Shown here in pieces: positions 1-7,129 of a DNA stretch of 12,954 bases. The notes beneath the pieces are model-generated. The model had not been told where the DNA came from, searched no databases, and was given only the letters and a program-made list of their open reading frames with translations. Both the position numbers and the translations under genes were made by a program. How positions within the stretch are numbered: the stretch's first letter is position 1; every line of letters begins with the position of its first letter. This DNA is from Candidatus Thorarchaeota archaeon (GTDB lineage: Archaea > Asgardarchaeota > Thorarchaeia > Thorarchaeales > Thorarchaeaceae): contig JAOUFI010000061.1 in NCBI GenBank assembly GCA_029858305.1, positions 1-12,954 of the forward strand, given 5' to 3'.

Positions 1-420
1 TTCCGAGGTTGGGATTGTGAAAGAAAGGTCACAAAGCCCAATCTCTTCATTTGTAAGGCCAGAACTCTCACGACCAAAGACGAGCGCAATCCTGCCATCA
101 AGCGAGGTCGGGTCAGGCAACTCATGTAATGGGACCAAGGCTCTAGTTACACTATGATTACCTCCAGATCTTGCAGTTGTCGCCCATGCAACATCTGTGT
201 CATCAATTGCAGACTCAAGGTCCTTGAAGATACCTGCTGAGTCTAGGATATCATGTGCATGGACAGAGAAGATATGTGCTTGATAGTCTTCACGTGGGTC
301 AGGACCTACAATCCTCAATTCCTTCACACCAAAATTAGCGAGGACTCTCGCAGTAAATCCGACATTACCTGGATTCTCAGGCTCTACAAGGACAACGATG
401 ATGTTTGGAAGCTCTGCCAA
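1..420 (-). CDS. trmJ: TrmJ/LasT-family SPOUT tRNA (position 32) 2'-O-methyltransferase, 3'-truncated by window edge
   Basis: Not in the ORF track; translated by hand from TTG at 420: MAELPNIIVVLVEPENPGNVGFTARVLANFGVKELRIVGP...AWATTARSGG...RIALVFGRESSGLTNEEIGLCDLSFTIPTSE. Carries the TrmJ motifs LVEP.xxGNVGxxARxxxNFG, T(T/S)AR and VFGRExxGLTNEE. AGGAG/GTGA SD-like sequence lies just upstream. Confidence 0.93.
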   Translation of the reverse strand, partial: MAELPNIIVVLVEPENPGNVGFTARVLANFGVKELRIVGPDPREDYQAHIFSVHAHDILDSAGIFKDLESAIDDTDVAWATTARSGGNHSVTRALVPLHELPDPTSLDGRIALVFGRESSGLTNEEIGLCDLSFTIPTSE

Positions 421-442
421 AGATTCACACTCCTAATGCTAT

Positions 443-1621
443 TCAGGTATGAGCTAGCTGAATAACATCACTATCTTGGAGTGGGTAGTTTAAACCAACC
501 ACTCTCCGTTTTATCTTATCATTTTCTCTGAATATTACAGCAGAGCGGAATCGTTCAATAAACAACTCCTTGTGAATCTTTGCTGCGGCATCCTCTACAA
601 CAGAGCCTTCGGGAAGAACAATAGGCTTGCGTTCTCTCTGTTTTCCTGGTATCTTTGTATAGACTCTTAATATATCGAGATGCCGATAAAATGCCCAGCT
701 CATTCCATCTAGATTTTCTCTCTTTTCTGCTGAGATTGGTATGATATCGAATCGAGAACTATAATTCTCTTCTAATTCTTTGAATCTTGCCACTGAACCC
801 TGAACATCTCCTTTGGTTGCAACTATCATTGCCCGAACGTAGGCAACGCTAGTATCTAATGCATCAACCAACTGCTGGAATGTTGCAGGTTTCTGGAATC
901 TGACGATAATGTTTGAGATTCTACGCGCACTAAGAAACTCCTTGACCTCCTCGATGTCCCCCTGGTAGTTTTGTACTCCATAAATCATATGACCACCAAG
1001 ACCGACTCTCTCTACTCGAACTGCAGTCTTCTCTTTATTCAGGCGAATTCTTGCGGTATCTAACTCCCCAAGGATTACCTTCATTTGTGACTCAATATCC
1101 TGTGATAAATCGACAATTATTGCAATACAGTCTGTATTCCTTACAACTGCAAGTGCCTGTCTTCCTATACCTGTTTCATGACTACCCTCGAATAAACCTG
1201 GTATCTCAACGAGCTGGATGTTGATATCTTCCAGAGTCAACATTGCAGGGGTCGGCAGGGGTGTTGTGAATGGATAATCGCCCACATCCAACTTGGCATT
1301 TGTAACTGCATTGATGAGCGTAGACTTGCCACTGTTTGTCACGCCAATCAGACAAATCTGGCCTGCTCCTTCTTTTCTGATGACTCCTTCTTCTACACCG
1401 CCTCCAGATCGTCGCGCCCGTTCTTGCTCTCTTCTCTTCTCAAGCAAGGCCTTTAGCTGAGCAAGTTTCTTTCGGTAATCCGCAACCATCCTCTCTCCGC
1501 CCTTATGATTAGGTGCAAGAGAGAGAAGCTTCTCAAGCTCTACTATCCTCTGAGCTAAGTCTTCTGTTTCCTCGTATATGATTCGTTGTCTATCGAATTC
1601 TGGAGTCACATTAGTGGGCAA
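443..1621 (-). CDS. DRG/OBG-family GTP-binding protein with C-terminal TGS domain (archaeal 'MPTN' type paralog)
   Basis: N-terminal helical region with PNHKG; G1 GVTNSGKS, G2 DYPFTT, G3-position EIPG, G4-position TKGD, G5 ISA; TGS-like tail RVYTKIPG...IHKE...VGLNYPLQDSDVIQL. TTG start. Confidence 0.88.
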   Translation of the reverse strand: MPTNVTPEFDRQRIIYEETEDLAQRIVELEKLLSLAPNHKGGERMVADYRKKLAQLKALLEKRREQERARRSGGGVEEGVIRKEGAGQICLIGVTNSGKSTLINAVTNAKLDVGDYPFTTPLPTPAMLTLEDINIQLVEIPGLFEGSHETGIGRQALAVVRNTDCIAIIVDLSQDIESQMKVILGELDTARIRLNKEKTAVRVERVGLGGHMIYGVQNYQGDIEEVKEFLSARRISNIIVRFQKPATFQQLVDALDTSVAYVRAMIVATKGDVQGSVARFKELEENYSSRFDIIPISAEKRENLDGMSWAFYRHLDILRVYTKIPGKQRERKPIVLPEGSVVEDAAAKIHKELFIERFRSAVIFRENDKIKRRVVGLNYPLQDSDVIQLAHT

Positions 1622-1653
1622 TGATGGTCAACTTTTTTCTGTATACTAAGATT

Positions 1654-1669
1654 ATGAAGCTTTCTTCAT
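1654..1669. promoter_or_regulatory. Perfect 6-bp inverted repeat ATGAAG-CTTT-CTTCAT overlapping a BRE/TATA-like element (minus strand GAAAG-C-TTCATAA) upstream of the GTPase gene
   Basis: Seen directly in the 53-bp trmY-GTPase intergenic region, about 30-45 bp upstream of the TTG start; function is inferred. Confidence 0.35.
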
Positions 1670-1674
1670 GTGCC

Positions 1675-2262
1675 CTATTCTTCATTATCTATTCGCTCAT
1701 TGACATCCAAGATGAATCTTTCAGGATGTAATGCGTATGGCTGAGTATAATACGCTCTAAAATCCTTAAAATTGATGGATTCTGAGCCAGCGCAATCAAC
1801 GTGCGTTCTAGTATCATAGATTAAGATTACATCATCCGGCAAGAAAGTTGAATTAAGGGTGAACTCATCTCCTTCTCGAGCAATGAAAACTCGGTCTGGC
1901 ATATGTTCGGAAATGAATTCTGTAAATCCTGTTCTTGTCACAATAATTCCATTCTCTAGAATTTTCTGTGAGCCTTGTGGAAAATTTCCAGCGACACCTA
2001 ATGATTTCAGTAGAAAAAATGAGATTGATCTTTCATCAGGCGATACACGTTTCAAAGATTTTCCTGGAAATGATACTATACTCATGTCATTAATTGATCC
2101 TTTAGCAATTGAAACAATTACATCTCTTCGCAGGTTCCCTGACACAAATAGACCTACATTCACACACCTGCATGCTGTAACGACTTCTGATGAATTGCGC
2201 CCCGATTTTACAGATGCCTTGTCTATTGGAATATCATCAAACAACACTAGGAATTGTCGCAT
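1675..2262 (-). CDS. trmY: TrmY-like tRNA (pseudouridine54-N1)-methyltransferase (SPOUT, COG1901), divergent C-terminus
   Basis: MRQFLV start, SGR...ACRCVNVGLFVSGNLRRDV and SPDERSI match the COG1901 N-terminal signatures. Ends LHPERFILDVNERID, like LHAxxCIxxxxxELD. The SAM-binding knot motifs are poorly conserved. Confidence 0.75.
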   Translation of the reverse strand: MRQFLVLFDDIPIDKASVKSGRNSSEVVTACRCVNVGLFVSGNLRRDVIVSIAKGSINDMSIVSFPGKSLKRVSPDERSISFFLLKSLGVAGNFPQGSQKILENGIIVTRTGFTEFISEHMPDRVFIAREGDEFTLNSTFLPDDVILIYDTRTHVDCAGSESINFKDFRAYYTQPYALHPERFILDVNERIDNEE

Positions 2263-2279
2263 CAGAACTCAAATCCTGA

Positions 2280-3632
2280 TTACATTCCGGGCAGTCCGCC
2301 AGGGAGTCCCGGAATACCACCTTTTCGGCCTCTCCGTTGTTTGCCCATTTGTTTCATCATTTTCTTCATCTGCTCATGTTGCTTTAGCAGATCGCGTACA
2401 TCCTTTTGAGATGTACCTGAGCCTTTGGCAATCCTCTTTATTCTTGAAGCTTTAATGAGCTTGGGTTCATCCATCTCTTCCTTGGTCATAGAGTTCATGA
2501 TGACTTCCCATCTCTTCATATTTTCTTCTTGAATTTCTGCAATGCCCTCGGGTAGCTTGTATTGGAGACCTAACATCTCCATTACCTTACCAATCGGTCC
2601 CATCTTCTTGAGTTGTTTTAGCTGTGCCATCATGTCCTTCAGCGAAAACTGTCCCTTCATTATCCGTTTGACAGCGTCTTCCTCAACCTCAATCTGTGCT
2701 TCTTTGACTTTGTCTATGAGCCCTCGGATATCTGACATACCCAAGAGTCGGCCTACAAATTTGGTTGGATTGAATGGTTCGATTGCATCCATTCCTTCCC
2801 CAGTTCCTATGAACTTGATTGGTGCTTTCGTAGCGGCTACAGCGGATAAGGCACCACCACCCTTTGCACTGCCATCGAGTTTTGTCACAATAATTGAACC
2901 TATATTTGTCGCATTACGAAAAGCCTCTGCTTGGATGCCTGCCTGCTGACCGAGAGTACCATCGATGACCAGTATTATCTCTTGCGGACTAACAGATTTT
3001 GAGATATCCCGCATCTCCTTGATGAGACTAGTTTCTTCTCTATGACGTCCTGAGGTGTCTAAAAGGATGAGTTCTACACCCTTATCTTTCATCTCCTTGA
3101 ATCCTTTCTTTGCAAGTTTGACAGCATCCTTTTCGCTCTCATCGCCCCAAAATGGCACATTGGATCGTTCTGCTAATTGTTTCAGCTGACTATATGCACC
3201 TGGTCTGAAGTTATCGGCGCAAATAACTCCGCTCTTAATTCCTCGTTTTTGGTAGTAACGTGCGAGTTTTCCTATTGTTGTAGTCTTTCCCGATCCCTGA
3301 ATACCAACCATCATGATAAGATTGGGCTTGCCAGGATTAATCGTCAGAGGTACTGTCTTCTCTCCAAGAAAGTAGGCTAGAGTGTCCCAGACGACTCGAA
3401 TGATATGCTCACGGCGTGATACACCTCTCGGAAGAGTTTCATCTAAAGCCTGTTTTTGCACTCTATCTGTGATAGCCATCACTAGATTGACATCCACATC
3501 TGCTACAAGCAGCGCTCGTTGGATGTTCTTCACTAGTTCTTTGACTAATTCCTCATCGATAATGTTTGCACCAAAGAGCTTCTTCAGCGCTGAGTTGAGT
3601 GATTTACCGAGATTCTCAAGGACCAAGACCAT
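2280..3632 (-). CDS. srp54: Signal recognition particle 54 kDa protein (SRP54/Ffh)
   Basis: QRALLVADV, GIQGSGKTTT, DNFRPGA, DTSGRH, TKLDGSAKGGGALS, FIGTGE; Met-rich M domain with IMNSMT and SRIKRIAKGSG. The likely start is ATG 3632 or TTG 3626 (MVLENLG, behind GGTGTGA) rather than 3671. Confidence 0.98.
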   Translation of the reverse strand: MVLVLENLGKSLNSALKKLFGANIIDEELVKELVKNIQRALLVADVDVNLVMAITDRVQKQALDETLPRGVSRREHIIRVVWDTLAYFLGEKTVPLTINPGKPNLIMMVGIQGSGKTTTIGKLARYYQKRGIKSGVICADNFRPGAYSQLKQLAERSNVPFWGDESEKDAVKLAKKGFKEMKDKGVELILLDTSGRHREETSLIKEMRDISKSVSPQEIILVIDGTLGQQAGIQAEAFRNATNIGSIIVTKLDGSAKGGGALSAVAATKAPIKFIGTGEGMDAIEPFNPTKFVGRLLGMSDIRGLIDKVKEAQIEVEEDAVKRIMKGQFSLKDMMAQLKQLKKMGPIGKVMEMLGLQYKLPEGIAEIQEENMKRWEVIMNSMTKEEMDEPKLIKASRIKRIAKGSGTSQKDVRDLLKQHEQMKKMMKQMGKQRRGRKGGIPGLPGGLPGM

Positions 3633-3669
3633 CACACCGTCTATCTTGCGAGAGGTCATACCGAAGCCC

Positions 3670-3682
3670 ATATCAACTTTCG
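3670..3682 (-). promoter_or_regulatory. Putative archaeal BRE + TATA-like promoter for srp54 (CGAAAG-TTGATAT)
   Basis: The minus strand reads cgaaag ttgatat, about 40-45 bp upstream of the srp54 start. The BRE fits cRnAAn; the TATA is imperfect. Confidence 0.45.
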
Positions 3683-3761
3683 CCTTGAACTGGCTAGATT
3701 TGAAGCAAGGGACAAGGTCTAATACTGAGCTGTATCATCAAACAAATCCGTGGTGACACAA

Positions 3762-4247
3762 ATGTCTGAAGAAGTCAGTGGTAAGATACGAATCGTAAAG
3801 ATTGTAGATGGAACAGTAATCGACCATATTAGAGCAGGAAACGCTCTTGAAGTCCTTAAGATTCTTGGAATCACTGGCAAGAGTGGTAGCGTTGTTTCTC
3901 TAGCGATGAATATTAGTAGTTCAAGGATAGAGAAGAAGGACATTGTGAAGGTTGAGAATCGTTCTCTCGACTCAGCTGAAGTTGCGCGTATTGCGTTAGT
4001 GGCCCCAGAAGCAACAATAAACCTGATCAAGGACTCTAAGGTCATCAAGAAGACCCGTGTTGAATTGCCAGAAACAATCACTGGCATAATGAAATGCCCC
4101 AATGAACGATGCGTAACCAATAAAGAACGTGAGCCGATCCGTGGTAAGTACCAAGTTGTGTCACGAAAGCCAATCCAACTCAAGTGTCTTTATTGTTGGA
4201 CATTGATTGATGAACTCGATATTCTTCCCCTTTTTACTGTCAGATAG
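3762..4247 (+). CDS. pyrI: Aspartate carbamoyltransferase regulatory chain
   Basis: IVDGTVIDHI, KKDIVKVE, IALVAPEATINLI and Zn ligands CPNERC...CLYC. ATG 3762 follows a GGTGA SD (the track start GTG 3750 is in frame). Confidence 0.97.
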   Translation: MSEEVSGKIRIVKIVDGTVIDHIRAGNALEVLKILGITGKSGSVVSLAMNISSSRIEKKDIVKVENRSLDSAEVARIALVAPEATINLIKDSKVIKKTRVELPETITGIMKCPNERCVTNKEREPIRGKYQVVSRKPIQLKCLYCWTLIDELDILPLFTVR

Positions 4248-4273
4248 CTTGAAAAAGAAACATACGCCAGTTT

Positions 4274-4301
4274 CCAAACGCTTTTAGGCAGACTATAAAA
4301 A
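4274..4301 (+). promoter_or_regulatory. Candidate internal promoter for atpF-atpA (ccaaacgcTTTTAG at 4274-4287 or TATAAAA at 4294-4300)
   Basis: Two TATA-like elements in the 87-bp pyrI-atpF spacer; GAGG SD-like sequence before GTG 4335. Confidence 0.4.
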
Positions 4302-4334
4302 GAAGCGTGCAATTCGGCTGCAGAGGAAGTACTT

Positions 4335-4658
4335 GTGTCAAGTGAAAAAATAGCTATCATAGGCGATAGAGATACAGTCACAGGATTCAGATTAGTTGGA
4401 GTAAGTGAATGTGCCACTCCGAAATCGCCAGAAGAAACACGAGAACTCCTCCTTGATTTCTTTCGGGACCCAAGTATGGGGCTTATCATAATCACTGAGG
4501 CTCTTGCATCGCAAGTCGAAGATACCATTGTTGAGCTTTCACAATCCCCAGTTCCTGTTATTCTATTGGTTCCAGATAGGAATGGATCCACAGGGGCATA
4601 TGAAACAGTTCTGAAAGAATTGATACGAAGAGCCGTTGGAATAGAGATAAAGATCTAA
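4335..4658 (+). CDS. atpF: A/V-type ATP synthase subunit F
   Basis: KIAIIGDRDTVTGFRLVGV, GLIIITE, P-VILLVP and LKELIRRAVGIEI are typical NtpF/AtpF motifs; immediately upstream of subunit A. Confidence 0.96.
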   Translation: MSSEKIAIIGDRDTVTGFRLVGVSECATPKSPEETRELLLDFFRDPSMGLIIITEALASQVEDTIVELSQSPVPVILLVPDRNGSTGAYETVLKELIRRAVGIEIKI

Positions 4659-4684
4659 AAAAGCTATCATGGAGATGTGAACCG

Positions 4685-6490
4685 TTGACAGAATTAATTG
4701 GAAGAATCGAAACCATTGCAGGCCCTGTAGTAGTATGCTCTGGACTCCCCTCTGTTCGGATGTACGAAGTTGTGCGAGTTGGAAATCAAAATCTCATCGG
4801 TGAGGTCATAGAAGTAGCTGAAAATGAATTTACTGCACAAGTCTATGAAGAAACATCTGGTCTTGCTCCAGGTGAGCCTGTTATCTCTACTGGCGACTCA
4901 CTATCAGTCGAACTTGGCCCGGGTCTTCTTGGTTCCATCTATGACGGTATCCAGCGTCCGCTTCCGACCCTCCGTGATATATCTGGTGACTTCATATCGC
5001 GAGGACTTAATGTCGATGGATTGGATAAGAAAAAGAAGTGGACTTTCAAGCCAACTCTAAAAGTAGGTGCAAAAGTCGAACCTGGCGATATCATTGGTGA
5101 AGTTCCAGAAACTGGTATTATTACCTCAAGAATCTTGATTCCCACTGGAGTTGTGGGAGAAATTATAGAAATAGTGCCAACGGGAGAATATACTGTCATC
5201 GAAACTATTTGCAAGGTGAAAGATAGTCACGGTGATATCCATGATGTCATGATGATGCAAAGGACGCCAGTCCGAATTGGTCGTACATTCAAGGATCGCG
5301 TGTCAATGGACACACCATTACTCACTGGACAACGCGTCATTGACACTTTCATGCCTCAAGCTAAGGGAGGCACAGGAGCTATCCCTGGTGGTTTCGGAAC
5401 TGGCAAGACTGTGACACTACATCAATTTGCTAAGTGGGCTGATGCGCAAGTGGTTGTGTATGTTGGTTGCGGAGAGCGAGGAAATGAAATGACTGAGGCT
5501 CTTGAAGAATGGCCCCATCTGAAAGATCCGCAATCCGGTCGGCCGCTCATGGAACGAACAGTACTGATTGCTAATACATCCAACATGCCAGTTGCCGCAC
5601 GAGAAGCGTCCATCTATGTAGCTGTCACTATTGCAGAGTATTTCCGAGACCAGGGTTATGACGTTGCGTTGATGGCTGATTCGACATCCCGTTGGGCTGA
5701 AGCGTTACGTGAGATATCTGGACGGCTTGGACAATTGCCATCAGAGGAAGGTTATCCAGCCTATCTTGGTTCGAGACTCGCACAATTCTACGAGCGCGGT
5801 GGCAGAGTGAAGGCTCTCGGTTCAAGCGACCGGCTTGGATCAATCACAGTATGCGGGGCTGTTTCGCCTCCTGGCGGGGATTTCTCAGAACCTGTAACAC
5901 AAGCAACTCTTAGGATTGTGAAAGTATTCTGGGCTCTTGATAAAGATCTAGCTGCTAGAAGGTTCTTCCCTGCAATAAACACTCTCACAAGCTATTCACT
6001 CTATCTTAATACGTTGGAGAAATGGCACAAGGCAAATCTTGGTGATGATTGGCCTAATCTTGTTAAGGAAGCACTTGCCATACTCCAGAAGGACCAAGAG
6101 CTTCGCGAAATTGTTCAACTTGTAGGTCCTGATGCACTACCTGAGTCTGAACGCGCTGTCCTTGAGGCTGCACGTATGATTAAGGAAGACTTCCTTACTC
6201 AGAGTGCAATCCATGAGATCGATACCTATTCTCCGATTGGCAAGACCTATCGGATGCTCAGAATAATAATCGGTTTCGCACAGAGAATGACAACGGCTGT
6301 GAAGATGGGCATTCAAGTTAGAAGAGTTCTAGAATTGAGTATACTTGATAACATCGCACGCATGAAAATCACCCCTTGGGATTCCTATGAGTCCCAAATG
6401 GATGCTATTGAGAAAAAGATGGAACGTGAGTTTCAGTCTCTCTTCCAAGAAATGTCCGAATCCGGGTATCTTGCTGAACACGCTTTATAG
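4685..6490 (+). CDS. atpA: A/V-type ATP synthase catalytic subunit A (no intein)
   Basis: QVYEETSGL, SVELGPGL, non-homologous region, Walker [65 protein letters not shown]; 601 aa; TTG start behind GGAGATGTGA. Confidence 0.99.
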   Translation: MTELIGRIETIAGPVVVCSGLPSVRMYEVVRVGNQNLIGEVIEVAENEFTAQVYEETSGLAPGEPVISTGDSLSVELGPGLLGSIYDGIQRPLPTLRDISGDFISRGLNVDGLDKKKKWTFKPTLKVGAKVEPGDIIGEVPETGIITSRILIPTGVVGEIIEIVPTGEYTVIETICKVKDSHGDIHDVMMMQRTPVRIGRTFKDRVSMDTPLLTGQRVIDTFMPQAKGGTGAIPGGFGTGKTVTLHQFAKWADAQVVVYVGCGERGNEMTEALEEWPHLKDPQSGRPLMERTVLIANTSNMPVAAREASIYVAVTIAEYFRDQGYDVALMADSTSRWAEALREISGRLGQLPSEEGYPAYLGSRLAQFYERGGRVKALGSSDRLGSITVCGAVSPPGGDFSEPVTQATLRIVKVFWALDKDLAARRFFPAINTLTSYSLYLNTLEKWHKANLGDDWPNLVKEALAILQKDQELREIVQLVGPDALPESERAVLEAARMIKEDFLTQSAIHEIDTYSPIGKTYRMLRIIIGFAQRMTTAVKMGIQVRRVLELSILDNIARMKITPWDSYESQMDAIEKKMEREFQSLFQEMSESGYLAEHAL

Positions 6491-6497
6491 GTACAGC

Positions 6498-6537
6498 GTG
6501 GTCTTTATCCCTTCAAATGTGGCTTGTGATTGTGAGA
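6498..6537 (+). promoter_or_regulatory. Upstream module GTGGTC-TTTAT...ATTGTGAGA (TATA-like plus SD/initiator) of the UDG gene
   Basis: TTTATC at 6504-6509, about 30 bp before ATG 6537; the same module recurs at 7089-7129. Confidence 0.4.
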
Positions 6538-7088
6538 TGACACGAGAGCAAGAACTGAATGCACTTCATGATTCTATTCGAGAATGCAAGCTTTGTCCCT
6601 TACATGCCACACGCTTGAATGCTGTTCCAGGTGAGGGCTCATCTGATGCAAAACTCTTCTTCATTGGTGAAGCACCAGGTGCAAAGGAGGATGAGTCTGG
6701 AAGACCCTTTGTGGGCCGATCTGGTGATTTGTTGACACAAATGATAGAGTCTATTGGACTAACTCGAGATGAAGTCTTCATAACATCCGTACTCAAATCA
6801 CGGCCACCAAATAATCGGACTCCCGTTCCATCAGAAATTGAAACATGTCGTCCCTATGTTGAACGGCAGATTGATTTAATACGGCCTCGAATTGTAGTAC
6901 TTCTCGGAGGAGTGGCAATTGCATCAATGGTTGGGCCGTGGAGTGTTTCAGAGTCTCATGGCAAGTTCTTTGAAGCAAAAGGTCGTACCTACTTCATGAC
7001 GTATCATCCTGCGGCTGCTCTACGTTTTCCTAAAATTAAGGTGTCAATGACTGAAGATTTCAAAATTCTAAGTTCCGAGTTATTTTGA
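6537..7088 (+). CDS. Family-4 uracil-DNA glycosylase homolog (variant active-site/Fe-S residues)
   Basis: CKLCPL, VPGEG, motif A FIGEAPG, GRPFVGRSG, KxRPPNNRTP, VLLGGVA, motif B TYHPAAAL. Start reset to ATG 6537 (183 aa) because the track's 6387 start overlaps atpA. Confidence 0.92.
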   Translation: MTREQELNALHDSIRECKLCPLHATRLNAVPGEGSSDAKLFFIGEAPGAKEDESGRPFVGRSGDLLTQMIESIGLTRDEVFITSVLKSRPPNNRTPVPSEIETCRPYVERQIDLIRPRIVVLLGGVAIASMVGPWSVSESHGKFFEAKGRTYFMTYHPAAALRFPKIKVSMTEDFKILSSELF

Positions 7089-7129
7089 GTGGTCATTAAA
7101 TTTGCTAATATCTATTCCATATTGTGAGA
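7089..7129 (+). promoter_or_regulatory. Upstream module GTGGTC-ATTAAA...ATTGTGAGA of the membrane-protein gene
   Basis: ATTAAA at 7095-7100; near-identical layout and spacing to 6498-6537. Confidence 0.4.

Noticed and set aside
253-465. 70-aa plus-strand ORF in the track
   Set aside because: Antisense shadow of trmJ, which has clear family motifs on the minus strand.
3633-3671. N-terminal extension of SRP54 (MGFGMTSRKIDGV)
   Set aside because: The ATG lies inside the TATA-like element; the family N-terminus MVLENLG and an SD point to 3632 or 3626.
1859-3756. Long plus-strand ORFs (198, 135, 67, 124 aa)
   Set aside because: Antisense to trmY/srp54; Ser/Ile-rich shadow composition with no motifs.
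3633-3761. Possible SRP (7S) RNA or tRNA near srp54
   Set aside because: The spacer is only about 130 bp, not GC-rich, and shows no cloverleaf or helix-8 motif; it is explained by divergent promoters.
4685-6490. Intein in ATPase subunit A (a common site after the P-loop)
   Set aside because: Length (601 aa) and motifs are continuous; there is no insertion.
6387-6536. 50-aa N-terminal extension of UDG overlapping atpA, or a frameshift fusion
   Set aside because: UDG homology begins at MTREQEL (6537); no slippery site was seen and a promoter-like module lies in between.
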